Shown: positions 1 through 11,864 of the stretch, piece by piece
Position numbering within the stretch: position 1 is the first letter of the stretch
Layout of the letters: each line of letters opens with the position of its first letter
Assembly: GCF_006345805.1 (NCBI RefSeq)
Contig: NC_043006.1
Location: forward strand, 61,380,001 to 61,444,000
Source of the DNA: Octopus sinensis
Lineage: Eukaryota
Length of the DNA: 64,000 nucleotides
Reading direction: 5' to 3'
The notes under the pieces: generated by a model
Told to the model about the DNA's origin: nothing
The model's input: the letters and a program-made list of their open reading frames with translations, nothing else
Database searches by the model: none
Translations under genes and position numbers: made by a program

Positions 1-489
1 TGTTCCGAGGAATCGCTATCTATTTCGTGGAGCAACGAGATCAATAATGTAATTTCTGAAAGAATATCATATATATGCACGTTTGCCCAATGCTGTGGAA
101 ATGAAGTTGGATAATAGTTGACAAAATTAATAACCACAATTTACCTAAATGTATAGATGAATGAACTGAAATCTCACCATTCTTATAAACGCAATGCCAC
201 AAAATTTACAATATGAGATGAAAACGCAAAACATTTACATTTATATCTACACTGGTGATTCTAACACTGATATTAATACTTTTTATAGGTTGTCGGAAAA
301 TGACGTTAACCGCGCATACAAACAATATACATCAACTATGTCTACACTTACGTACATATTCATGACACTAAATTTGCTACAAGTGTATCGACCAGACCTA
401 GTGAACTGCACCGCAGAATCTGTGACTCGACATCTAGCGTGCCGTATCACTAGTCACATTTAGGGACTAAATTAATTAATATGTTTTTA

Positions 490-839
490 ATTCGCTGCTT
501 CATGGGTTCTCGCACGAAAGCCACGGCCCCGAGTATGCGATTTCTCATGGTTTTCGGTACATGAGGATGTCCGGAGCCGGTGAAGACGGCTTTACTTGTT
601 TGTCAAGGTTTCCCACGTTACTTGCGGTATGTACTTCTTAAATCCCTAACTGTCACAGTCTTGGATGTCCCACAATCGGATCGTTTTTTCTTGGCGAATA
701 GTCCATCAGAAAAAAATCGTCGAACCGCGTCCAGATGGCGACCTAACGTCTCCGCAATGATATGAAGAGAGGTTACTTTAGTACTTGCCTTGATGATGAC
801 AGATTGTTCTTCATCATCAAATTCTTTCCCACGTCCTAC
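490..839 (-). mobile_element. Tc1-like transposase N-terminal (paired HTH) remnant
   Basis: Manual minus-strand translation gives GRGKEFDDEEQSVIIKASTKVTSLHIIAETLGRHLDAVRRFFSDGLFAKKKRSDCGTSKTVTVRDLRSTYRK*RGKP*QTSKAVFTGSGHPHVPKTMRNRIL. This resembles Tc1-family DNA-binding domains. Two in-frame stops; no TIR found. Confidence 0.6.
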
Positions 840-1437
840 TGTTCTCAGACAGGAGGGTCGCTGTTAGCGTAGTTCACCTAAAAACTGAAGAACCTGAAAT
901 AAAAAATGAAAGGACGTTACACAGAGTAATCAAATAATAACAATGGTTTAGTCATTGTGTGAAAACGAACTGGGAAAAGTTTTATCAAAATCGATTCATA
1001 GTGAAGCAAGTAACCCTAAATTTCACTCTTAAGCTATTATCGTGGTTCTGGGTGTATATACACATTTTTTAAAATTGATATTTAAATAAATGTGAGGCTT
1101 CCGCCACTGAAATTGCTAAGCTTCATTCAATATCCCCTTCATCTTCCATACTGCAATACATTATTTAGGCGTTGTGAACGTTCGATCAGCTAACGCGTAA
1201 TACGCATATATAATAGTATAAGCAGTAATTCATACTCCGGATTTTCAAGCATGAGACGACACTCACTTGGCCTCCCCTCGAATCTGAATAAGATATTCTC
1301 TGGAAAACTATTATATGCATTATGTGAACATTATGCATGAAAGACACTGGCCCCATATGCTTATGCTAGATTACCCGATTACGAAGTGTGCATTTAACAC
1401 ATTCATGATATCATATAATTCACAGAGAATATGCATA

Positions 1438-1720
1438 TACGTGGTGTGACCAATAAATATCCAGAGTCTTATAATAGTAACGAAGCTAAAGCACACAGAG
1501 TAAAGCCGCTCGACACAAATTGAACTTGATCTCTGCTCTGCATGGGCAATATGTTTTAACGTTCTGCCGTTTCCAGCAGTACTTGAAAGGAACGTGTGTA
1601 GCATGGGCTCGTCGCATTGACCATGACAGAGAAAACTGAGCAGCGAATCTGCATCAAACTTTGCAAAATGTTACGCGATACCTGCCCAGAGGCCAATGCA
1701 AAGTTTTCAAAAAGTATTCA
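1438..1720 (+). mobile_element. Mariner 5' fragment (TIR, 5' UTR and start of transposase)
   Basis: TA followed by CGTGGTGTGACCAATAAATATCCAGA resembles a mariner TIR. ORF 1617 begins MTEKTEQRICIKLCKMLRDTCPEA, like the mariner N-terminal HTH pattern EQRxxIKFCxKLG. Truncated. Confidence 0.5.
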
Positions 1721-1894
1721 TCATTCACGACACGATCAAGGAAATTTTGTGCAACTGAAACCCGAGTGCTTTTATGGTGAGATGAAAGCAGTTTTAGCAC
1801 AAACTTAGCAAACAGACGTCTCATAGCTGAATCTTTAGTGATAATGGACTGTAACTAATCTGCATATCCTTTTATTACTCATAGTTGGGGATTC

Positions 1895-2250
1895 GGCGAT
1901 TTCCTCTCACATTTGCATGCGCATCTGCGATGATTTTCTCAGTTTTGCTCATTGCGCATCTCCAAGAACGTTCGTCGATATCGACATTTTTCGGCCATCT
2001 TGAAAAGATTTGAATCACACATACACTTGTATGCAGCTCCTGCACACCTCTCCATTCAATTTTATTTGCACAGGCTTCTGAGCAGGTATCGCCATGACAA
2101 CTTTCTCTGGCGTGGTCAACTGAGTGCGCGCTGCACAGCGGCGTTCAAGTAACAAGTACATGTACCAAGCGGCTTCCCTCAGCGTGCTTTACTTTCGTTA
2201 CAATGGCAACAGACTCGATACTTATCGATCACACTTCGTATGCAGTAAGT
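1895..2250. promoter_or_regulatory. CpG-rich promoter-like segment
   Basis: Local CpG enrichment, a YY1-like CGGCCATCTTG (1992-2002), a partial NRF1-like TGCATGCGCA (1914-1923), an RFX X-box-like GTTACAATGGCAAC (2197-2210) and a strong donor-like GCA|GTAAGT at 2245. Motif evidence only. Confidence 0.25.
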
Positions 2251-2379
2251 CATAAATTTACAATCCCAAGGACCATCTTTAGCTTTAAAATCTGTGAAAA
2301 TCAGTAATTATAAGCAAATACTCATACACGTAATAAACGCATAACACACAATACTTCAGCGCAATATCTGACCGCGTGC

Positions 2380-2575
2380 ATATCGTTGGCGATTTTCTTC
2401 CTCCGTTTTCCTTTCCTTGGACCTTTTCTTTTTCTATGTTTCGGACGAAAAGCTCCGCTCGAAACATTAAATCCTCCTCCTTTCTCTCCTTTTCTGAGCG
2501 TCCAATAATCCAATAACACTATACTTGTTCCACGTCCTCGCATTGCTGTGTTTTCTCTTTGTTCATGTTTGGATT
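2380..2575 (+). mobile_element. Short non-coding hammerhead-bearing repeat (PLE-derived-like)
   Basis: Shares sequence with 38125-38260 on the opposite strand (GAGCTCC.CTCGAAAC.TTAAA.CCTCCT...CTGAGCGT.CAATAA). Contains a degenerate hammerhead. Confidence 0.5.
2438..2472 (+). ncRNA. Degenerate minimal type-I hammerhead ribozyme motif
   Basis: GTTT-CGGACGA-A-AAGC-TCC-GCTC-GAAAC-ATT-AAAT. Hammerhead topology, but with U4>G, a stem II mismatch and G16.2>A; probably inactive. Confidence 0.45.
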
Positions 2576-2577
2576 TA

Positions 2578-2882
<305 letters not shown>

Positions 2883-3179
2883 CGTGTGTTTGTGTATATA
2901 TGTTTGAGTGTTTTAAGTGCGCATATATTTATGAACTTAATTGTACCTATACGTGTTTCTTCATATTTTTGAATTTCGACCGTTTTGGATAAAAGTATTA
3001 AGGGATTAATCAATACCTGGTGAATGTATTAAAATACCAGTATTAATGAAAAGGGAAGATAATTATGATTTTTTAGGAGTTACCTCATACGATCAGTAAA
3101 ATTATTTATCCCAAAATACCTTGCGGTATTTTCATGTTCGTGTGTGCTTGTGGTATTTTCCCTTCCCTTCTCTTTTCAT

Positions 3180-3237
3180 GTGTACTCTTGCTCCAATGAC
3201 TCCATCAGAGAATGGGGTAATTGGAACAAGAGTACAC
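3180..3237. other. Imperfect hairpin, 26-nt arms, 6-nt loop
   Basis: GTGTACTCTTGCTCCAATGACTCCAT (3180-3205) pairs with ATGGGGTAATTGGAACAAGAGTACAC (3212-3237): two mismatches and one G-U pair; loop CAGAGA. Confidence 0.8.
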
Positions 3238-3441
3238 GAAAAAGAAAAGTGTCGCTGAAGATGTCAGGAAAAGAAAAGTGCCGCTGAAGAAGTCAGGAAA
3301 AGAAAAGTGCCGCTGAAGATGTCAGGAAAAGAAAAGTGCCGCTGAAGAAGTCAGGAAAAGAAAAGTGCCGCTGAAGATGTCAGGAAAAGAAAAGTGCCGC
3401 TGAAGATGTAACGAAAAGAAAAGTGTCGATGAAGATGTCAC
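3238..3441 (+). repeat. 29-bp tandem minisatellite, 7 units
   Basis: Unit GAAAAGAAAAGTGCCGCTGAAGATGTCAG; units start at 3238, 3268, 3297, 3326, 3355, 3384 and 3413. No spacers. Confidence 0.95.
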
Positions 3442-3676
3442 AGATGTGTGGCGCAAGATTTCCAGAAAACAGACATGTGTTAAAATAAAATAAACGATCA
3501 GTAATAAACGAGGTAAGAATAAATATATAGTGCGTGTGTTTCTGAGAACCCCCTCCAAAAAAAAAAGAGCCCACCGTCCCAAAATCCAACAATATCTGTT
3601 ACAACACACGGTTTCCCATCAGTAATTTTGCAACACAAATTGGTTAACGTATATATAGTTGAAATTTAAAGAAAAA

Positions 3677-3712
3677 ACATATATATATAAATATATATAT
3701 ACATATATATAC

Positions 3713-3744
<32 letters not shown>

Positions 3745-3862
3745 ATACATATATATATATATACATATATGTATACATATATATATATACATATATACAT
3801 ATATATATGCATATATATACATATATATATATATTTATATATATACATACATATATACATAT
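3677..3862. repeat. (TA)n/(TACA)n microsatellite
   Basis: Read directly from the sequence. Confidence 0.95.
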
Positions 3863-4207
3863 ACTAGCATTATGATCCGTCTTTGCCGGGTCATAGTGCT
3901 AGTGCATGTATATATGTGTACATATTACATATACATCTACATATACATCTACACATAAAATACAAAATACAAAGTTATATCTTGATATCGCTAGTGATAA
4001 CAATACCGAAAATATATAACAGACTGGAATTGTAGGACTATTCCATTTCTGCACGCTAATTTTATTTTTAATTTATTCCCAGTTATGTGAAACCACTTAT
4101 TCAAGTTCAAATCATTGATGCAATTTTATACCAATTGCTATTTTTACTTTTGTGATGTTACGATTATATTATACTTTAGTTTGATTTTAATTATTACTTA
4201 CTACATA

Positions 4208-7200
4208 CGACCCTGCCTGACACGAGTTCCGGGCTCAGCTGGCTCCGGCTGACTACCCGGTATGGGCCTCTATCCAGGGTTACGGAAAGGAGACAACCTT
4301 CAAAGATATCCGGAGTGGGGCCCCGAAGGCGGTCTAGTGTTCGACTCGACACTCTTCCGGCAGCTCCTGCAACCAAGCTGGTGCCAAACGTAATGCACTG
4401 CACTCCACTGGACTACATCAGCAAGGTCGAGAGAGGAAACCTGACGATTGGGCTACCCAGTACTTTCTTACCTATAGCCCAGGCCTGCGCAAAACTGGAG
4501 AGGACACTTCAGTGCTGCTGTAAAAAGCTGCAGAAACAACAAGGGAGGTAACAGTCACGAGTGATAAGTCCGTTCAGATTGGCGTAAATTATGGGCGCTA
4601 CCTCTGACGGTGGGAGGGACTTCCGTGTCCTAGTGGTTAGCTACTGCCCACCTCAAGCTGGGCAGCCCCCAGTTAATAAGGTGCTGACCCGCCACAAGCC
4701 GCCTGCTCCATTGGGTGCTTGGAGCTAAGAGTACGACTCGAAAAGCGGCCTGCAGCCTCTGCACCAGGCAAGCAACTAAAAGTCAAGACAACACCAGTTC
4801 TGTGGTTGGCAAGCTGGAATGTCAGGACCATGTGTCCTGGAATATGTGATGATCTTCTCAGGATTGAAGACACAAGGAAAACGGCCATCATTGACCGTGA
4901 ACTAAAGAGGCTCAACATAGATATTGCTGGGCTGCAGGAGACAAGACTTCCCTCAAACGGCAAACTCAAAGAGCAGGACTTCACCTTCTTTTGGCAGGGA
5001 AGAGATCCAGAAGAACCTCGTCAACAGGGCGTTGGCTTTGCAGTGAGAAACTCACTACTCTCCTCAATAGAACCACCATCGGGAGCCACTAAGCGTATCC
5101 TCTCACTGCGCCTCTCGACTTCTTCTGGCTCAGTACATCTACTCAGCATCTATGCTCCCACTCTCTACAGCTCAGAGGAGACCAAGGACCAGTTCTACAA
5201 AGATCTCAACTATGTCATAGAAAATATACCAACGACTGAAAATATCTACCTTCTAGGGGATTTTAACGCTCGCGTGGGATCTGACCATGATTCGTGGCCC
5301 ATTCGTGTTGGACACTTTGGTATTGGCAACATGAATGACAATGGTCAGAGACTACTCGAATTCTGCACATACCACAACCTGTGCATCACAAAACAAATTA
5401 TTTACCAACAAGCCATCCCACAAGGCATCCTGGAGACATCCAAGATCTCACCACTGGCATCAGCTGGATCTCATCATTACTCGGAGATCCATTCTGAATT
5501 CTACTCTATTGACCCGCAGTTACCACAGCGCGGATTGTGACACAGACCACTCACTAATTAGAAGCAGGGTGAGGATTCTGCCTAAAAAAGTCCATCGCTC
5601 CAAGAATGTGGGTCGACCACGCATCAACACCGCCAGAACCTCAGACCCTACACTGCGAAAATGTTTTGCTGCTTCTATCAAGGTTGCCCTCAGTAGCTGC
5701 CCAACCTCCTCTGCTGAAAGTAGGTAGGACTATATCAGGGAAGACTTGTATACGACATCATTGGATACTTTCGGCATGCGAGAAAGACAAAACCCAGATT
5801 GGTTCAATGCTGGGCTCTCAGAGCTGGAGCCAGTTATCGAAGCAAAGCGTGCAGCTCTGGTGCAATACAAGAGTGACTCTTCTACAAAGTCACTCGAAGA
5901 ACTCAGAAAGGAACGAAATAAAACCCAACTGACAGCCAGACGCTGTGCAAATAGGTATTGGCAGGAAATCTGTCAGAGTATCCAGTCAGCTGCTGACAGG
6001 GGCGACACCCGTGGGATGTATGCCGGTTTGAAGAAGTCCCTCGGTCCATCCCCAACCAAGTCAGCCCCTCTGAAATCAACTACTGGAGATCTCATCAGGG
6101 ATCAAGGAAAGTAAATGGATAAATGGGTGGAGAACTACCAGGATCTCTACTCACGGGAGACCACAGTGGCTGAGGCTGCAGTCGAGAGTGTCAAGATCTT
6201 GCCAGTCATGTGTGAACTTGACAGTCCGCCATATATAGCAGAGCTCACCAAGGCTGTTGACTCCCTAGCAAGAAATAAGGCTCCGGGAAAAGACGGCATC
6301 CCTTCAGAGATCATCAAAGCCGGCAAAAACACCATCCTGCTTCGGCACCTTCATGAGCTTCTGTGTCAGTGCTGGGAAGAGGGTACAGTCCCTCAGGATA
6401 TGCGGGATGCCAACATCATTACGCTTTACAAAAACAAAGGTGACCGTGGTGATTGTAACAATTACCGTGGTATATCCCTTCTAAGCACTGTTGGAAAGAC
6501 CTTTGCCCGCGTTATCCTGGCCAGGCTACAACTACTTGCTTCTCGAATCTATCCGGATTTCCAGTGTGGCTTTAGAAGAAGCAGATCAACTATCGATATG
6601 ATATTCTCCATACGCCAACTTCAGGGGAAGTCCATAGAGCAGAAAATGCCATTATATATGGCCTTCATTGACCTAACAAAGGCTTTTGACTCGGTAAGCA
6701 GAACAGGCCTCTTCCTCCTGCTCCAAAAAAATCGGATGTCCACCAAAGCTGCTGAGAATCATCAAGTCTTTCCATGATGACATGCAAGGCACCATACAGC
6801 ACAACGGTTCAACATCAGCCGCCTTCCAAATAAAAAACGGGGTAAAGCAAGGCTGTGTCCTCGCTCCTACATTGTTTGGCATCTTCTTCTCACTCTTACT
6901 TTCACATGCCTTTCAGACATCAGATGATGGAGAGTTTCTGCACAGTAGAAGTGACGGGAAAATGTTCAATCTCTCGCGCCTGCGTGCCAAGACCAAAATC
7001 AGAAACGTCCTGATCAAAGAGATGTTATTTGCTGATGAAGCCGCTCTGGTAACACACACAGAAGAAGCCCTCCAAAGGCTCATTAACTGTTTTGAGCAAG
7101 CATGTAACGACTTTGGCTTAGCTATCAGCCTTACGAAGACCAACATCATGGGCCAGGCTACATCGGACATCCCAAACATACATATTGGAGACCACAGATT

Positions 7201-8075
7201 ACAAGAGGTGGAGAAGTTTACCTATCTGGGCTCTACCGTCACCTACAACCTATCCCTTGACGCTGAGCTCAATATACGCATTGGCAAGGCAGCTGCTGTA
7301 ATGGCCCAACTCTCCAAACGGGCTTGGGACAACAATAAGCTGACCAAGACCACGAAAATGAAGATCTACCAGGCATGTGTACTCAGCACTCTACTGTATG
7401 GAAGCGAGACCTGGACGCTATACACACGCCAAGAGCGTCGCCTAAACATCTTTCACCTGCGCTGCCTCCGAAAAATCCTCCGCATCAAATGGCAGAATCA
7501 TATCCCCAACAAAGATGTCCTCAGGCAAGCAGGAATACCAAGCATGTTTGCACTCCTCACACAAAGACGTATGAGATGGCTTGGGCATGTTAGCCGTATG
7601 AAAGATGGCAGAATCCCCAAGGACATACTCTACGGAGAGCTTGCTAGGGGTACTAGGTCTGTGGGTTGACCGATCTTACGTTACAGGGATGTTTGCAAAA
7701 GGGATATGAAGGCCTGCAACATCAATATTAGCGGTTGAGAGGCAGTTGCCGGCAACCGTGGAGAATGGCGACGTAAAGTAAAAGAGGGAATACAAAAGAG
7801 TGACAGAGAGAGAGAGAGGAGAAATGGAAAGAAAGGAAGAGACGTAAACAAGAGACTATGGCACTACAACCAGCCAGGAACAGTCTTCGCTACATTTGCT
7901 GTACCTGCCAGAGGGAGTGTTTGTCCAGAATAGGACTACACAACCACAGCAGGAAATGTATCAGGACATGAAATATAAAAGCCGGACTAGACTACAAAAA
8001 AAAAATACAAAAAAAAAAACAAAAAAACATGCGCAACTCCATTGTCTCCCGAGACAGAAAGGATGCCAATACCAA
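4208..8075 (+). mobile_element. Full-length RTE-clade (BovB-like) LINE with TSD
   Basis: 9-bp direct repeat TACTACATA at 4199-4207 and 8076-8084. About 500-bp 5' UTR, a single APE-RT ORF, and a short tandem 3' tail (CCAATA x2). Confidence 0.9.
4719..7971 (+). pseudogene. Disrupted RTE APE-endonuclease/reverse-transcriptase ORF
   Basis: APE motifs SWNVRT, GLQETR, YAPT, GDFNARVG, HQLD and SYHSADCDTDH. RT motifs KAPGKDGI, NYRGISLL, FIDLTKAFDSV, GVKQGCVLAP and FADE (normally FADD). C-terminal CxxCxRxCxSRIGLxxH. Frameshifts near 5395 and 6730; in-frame stops at 5725, 6112 and 7667. Confidence 0.92.
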
Positions 8076-8199
8076 TACTACATATAATTCAATAGTTATT
8101 ATTATCTCTAATTTTTATTGTTAAAGTGAAAGTATCTGACATAAAATAGAGAAATGTTTTTGTTTCACTTTTAACACGTAATATTGAAAGAGTGGAGAA

Positions 8200-8381
8200 G
8201 ATATGATAGTGCTATGGGCTCGCCCTAGGGAAGAAGTTGAACATTTATTTGCCCATGGAACTACATGGACGCTAAGTAAGGCAGGTGTAAAATTTGAATG
8301 AAATTGGTTGTGTAGTTTTCAAGTTTTCGGGAGACACAGAGACAGACAGACACACATTCTCAGTTTTACATATATATATAG

Positions 8382-8382
<1 letters not shown>
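8200..8382 (-). mobile_element. Short non-autonomous Helitron-like element
   Basis: On the minus strand the 5' end reads A|TCTATATATATATGTAAAACTGAGAATGTGTGTCTGTCTGTC, a typical TC start with GTCT repeats. There is an imperfect hairpin and a CTAT end near 8205-8230. Confidence 0.45.

Positions 8383-8460
<78 letters not shown>
8370..8460. repeat. (TA)n microsatellite
   Basis: Read directly; abuts the left arm of the inverted duplication. Confidence 0.97.
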
Positions 8461-8463
<3 letters not shown>

Positions 8464-9133
8464 TATTGGTGAATTGAAGAAATGGAGCTGAACGCAGATT
8501 GAACAGAAATCGTTTTATTTCATTCTACACGTGTTTCGAAAGGCACAAATTACCAAAATCCGATTGAATAATGGGACCATATTGTGTCTTTCTCTTCAGG
8601 AAGAAAAAAGGAAATCCGTTGGAAAAACAAAAACAGAACAGAGGCAGAGCAAAAAACAAATCGAACTGTGCTCCTAAGAGCCCATGGCGAAACTGTTTAT
8701 CAGTGTATGTTGAGAACCGGTGGCTGAAGAATTCAACAGGTCTTTTTCTCGCCCCTTATAAAACATCCAATATTCTTTAAATAGTCAGAACTTTATTCTC
8801 GGTCACAAAGAACATCTATACACCCTCACCCACATGTTTGACCGATGCCTGACCTGTTGAATTCTTCAGCCACCGGTTCTCAACATACACTGATAAACAG
8901 TTTCGCCATGGGCTCTTAGGAGCACAGTTCGATTTGTTTTTTGCTCTGCCTCTGTTCTGTTTTTGTTTTTCCAACGGATTTCCTTTTTTCTTCCTGAAGA
9001 GAAAGACACAATATGGTCCCATTATTCAATCGGATTTTGGTAATTTGTGCCTTTCGAAACACGTGTAGAATGAAATAAAACGATTTCTGTTCAATCTGCG
9101 TTCAGCTCCATTTCTTCAATTCACCAATAATGT
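8460..9133. repeat. Apparently perfect inverted duplication: 283-bp arms (8460-8742, 8851-9133) with a 108-bp spacer
   Basis: The arm ends are exact reverse complements and the coordinates sum to 17593. ORFs 8571+ and 9022- translate identically for 57 aa. Confidence 0.95.
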
Positions 9134-9284
9134 TTTAATTTCAATTATCAGCACCAACGCACGGTTGCAACGCCAGATGGTTGTACCTCCAACCGTGCTG
9201 TTCACTGCTGTGATTTTTGCTACTAAGGTATCGGTTAAACTTTTGATTAATCTACTACAAGATTATTCATCTTTCTATTTCACA

Positions 9285-9681
<397 letters not shown>

Positions 9682-10379
9682 GTAAATTTGTATTCATTAT
9701 TTGAACCACACTTTATTTCATAATTTTCCGTTTGTAAGTCTCACTAAACCGTTCTACATTATTCTGCATAAGTTTTTTTATTCTTAAGATATTCTACTCC
9801 AGTGTTACAGAAATATTTATCGAACAAATTTTATGAATTATCGATATAAGTGAGAAAAGCAATTACTAAAACATTACTCTATTTTTAATTTCCTGTAAAT
9901 CTCTTCTCATATTAATTATATAAACAATTCGTACTTACAGTATAACGAATGAGTTTTGCCATAAGTAGAGCACATTATTGTTTTCAGACAATCCCATGAG
10001 TCAATTGACCATTTCATTATTTACGTTGCAGACATTTTCAAAAAAACTTTTTTCCGTCACATCCGTGTTGAAAATATAAGGAAAGTAACAAAACAACAAA
10101 AGAAGTAAATATGCCAAATTCAATATAATAACAATTACAAAAGATTCATTATAAAATGAACACAATGATGGCAATAACCAAAGGCCAAATTATATGTTCA
10201 TACCATTTCTTAAATCATATATTTCCCCAGATATTTTAGCAGACAATAGTGTCAAGGAATTTTGTATTCTTGTAGTGTGAGCGGTGAAACTCCCCTATTT
10301 AGCTGAAAAGTGCTCCTCATAGCTCATCTCTAAAACATCTTCACATATTCGGTTCTTGGAAGAGAAAGGCTGGTCCTGA

Positions 10380-11791
10380 ACACTGTTTTGAACTCCAGGA
10401 ACCGCATAGAAGCTCTTAACACATTAGCAGCACCCGGTTACATTACAATTTAAATGTCTTCAACTGGAACTTAGCTGACCTGAAAGAATGGGCTTAAAAG
10501 TTCGACAGCATCATCCAACGACATATAGAGAGTGCCTCTACTTGCCAATCGTGGTAGATTGGAGATGGCCGATCAAACTAGAAACGGCAACAAAGTACTC
10601 CTGCAGAAGTACTTAAGCAAGAGTAATCATTGAATGAAGATAGTAGTGAGTGAACATAAATCCCTGAAGAAACTTCATTCTGTAAACAAAGAAGATGGAA
10701 ACTATAGAGCAAAGTTACATGTTGTAGAAATAGAAAACGCCATCGAAGATTACCTAGTACCAATGAAAGCAGCCAACATGCATAAGATTACTGCAAAAGC
10801 AGAACGATTTAAAACCTTGAAAGAGAGAGTGCAGAAACCTCTCCATGGTCAGTACCCACCCCGCACCCAGGAAAATGTAGTCAGCCAATCAAAATCCCAT
10901 AAGTGGTTGACAAAATCAGGGTTGAAGGCAGAAACAGAGGTATTCATTCTTACCAGTTAAGAAGCAGATAGAAGAGACGGGCGATAAGTAATTGTGGATT
11001 TTGGAAATGGATAAATTGATGGAGAAAGAAATGACAGAAAAAATTAAGGTGGAGTAATTGCTTAGACTGAGACTGGTCCTTAAGTTGAAATTAAACGGAC
11101 GGAATAAGATAAAAGGTACCAACACAGAATAGACAAAACACCAGAAAGTGATAAGTGCAGGGTCTGTGGACAAAACGGTGAAACCGTATGGCATATTACC
11201 AGCCAATGTACGCCACTAGCCCAGAAGGAATATAAGAGACGCCACGACAATATAGCCAGGCTTGTCCATCTTAAACTTTGCATCAAGAAAGAGAAAAAAT
11301 TGGCATGACTACAAACGTGAATGCATTGTTGAAAATAGAAATGTAAAGATCCTATGGGATTTTATGATTCAGTGCGACTATGGGATAGAGAATAGGAAGC
11401 CTGACATAGTCTTAACTGAGAAAGAAAACAAACTATGCTGGATCATAGATATAGCATGCCCAGCTGACTACAATGTATACGATAAGGAAGAAAGTAAAGT
11501 CGAGATATATAACAGGTTAACTTGGGAAGTTAAGCAGTTGTGGTCCATGAAAAAGATAGCAGTAGTACCAATAATTGTCTGAACCCTGGGAACAGTGAGA
11601 AAAAATCTCGAGAAGTCCGTGGAACAAATGGGGGCTGCAATAAGAGTGGAGTACTTGCAGAAAACAGCACTGCTTAGAACCGCTCGAATACGCCGGAAGG
11701 TGCTCGAAAAATAAGAGGTGTTTCTTTAGTTCACTAGTAATGAAGAGCTGACACTGTAGTACATCTCCAGCGTTAGAAGCTGTGCAAAGGC
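10380..11791 (+). mobile_element. R4/Dong-clade RLE non-LTR retrotransposon remnant(s), 3' part
   Basis: Post-RT segment (LHGQYP, KWLTKSGLKAETEVFI), CCHC knuckle CRVCGQNGETVWHITSQC..RRHD, RLE motif KILWDFMIQCD..RKPDIV...IIDIACP, then a 3' UTR running into (AAT)24. Possibly two joined copies, with a junction near 10960. Confidence 0.85.

Positions 11792-11863
<72 letters not shown>
11792..11863. repeat. (AAT)24 microsatellite
   Basis: Read directly; lies between two R4/Dong 3' fragments. Confidence 0.97.

Positions 11864-11864
<1 letters not shown>

Noticed and set aside
3238-3441. CRISPR-like appearance of the 29-bp repeat
   Set aside because: Units are directly adjacent with no spacers, there are no cas genes, and the context is eukaryotic.
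9159-9198. 9-bp inverted repeat GCACGGTTG/CAACCGTGC
   Set aside because: Short stem with a 22-nt loop; expected by chance in 64 kb.
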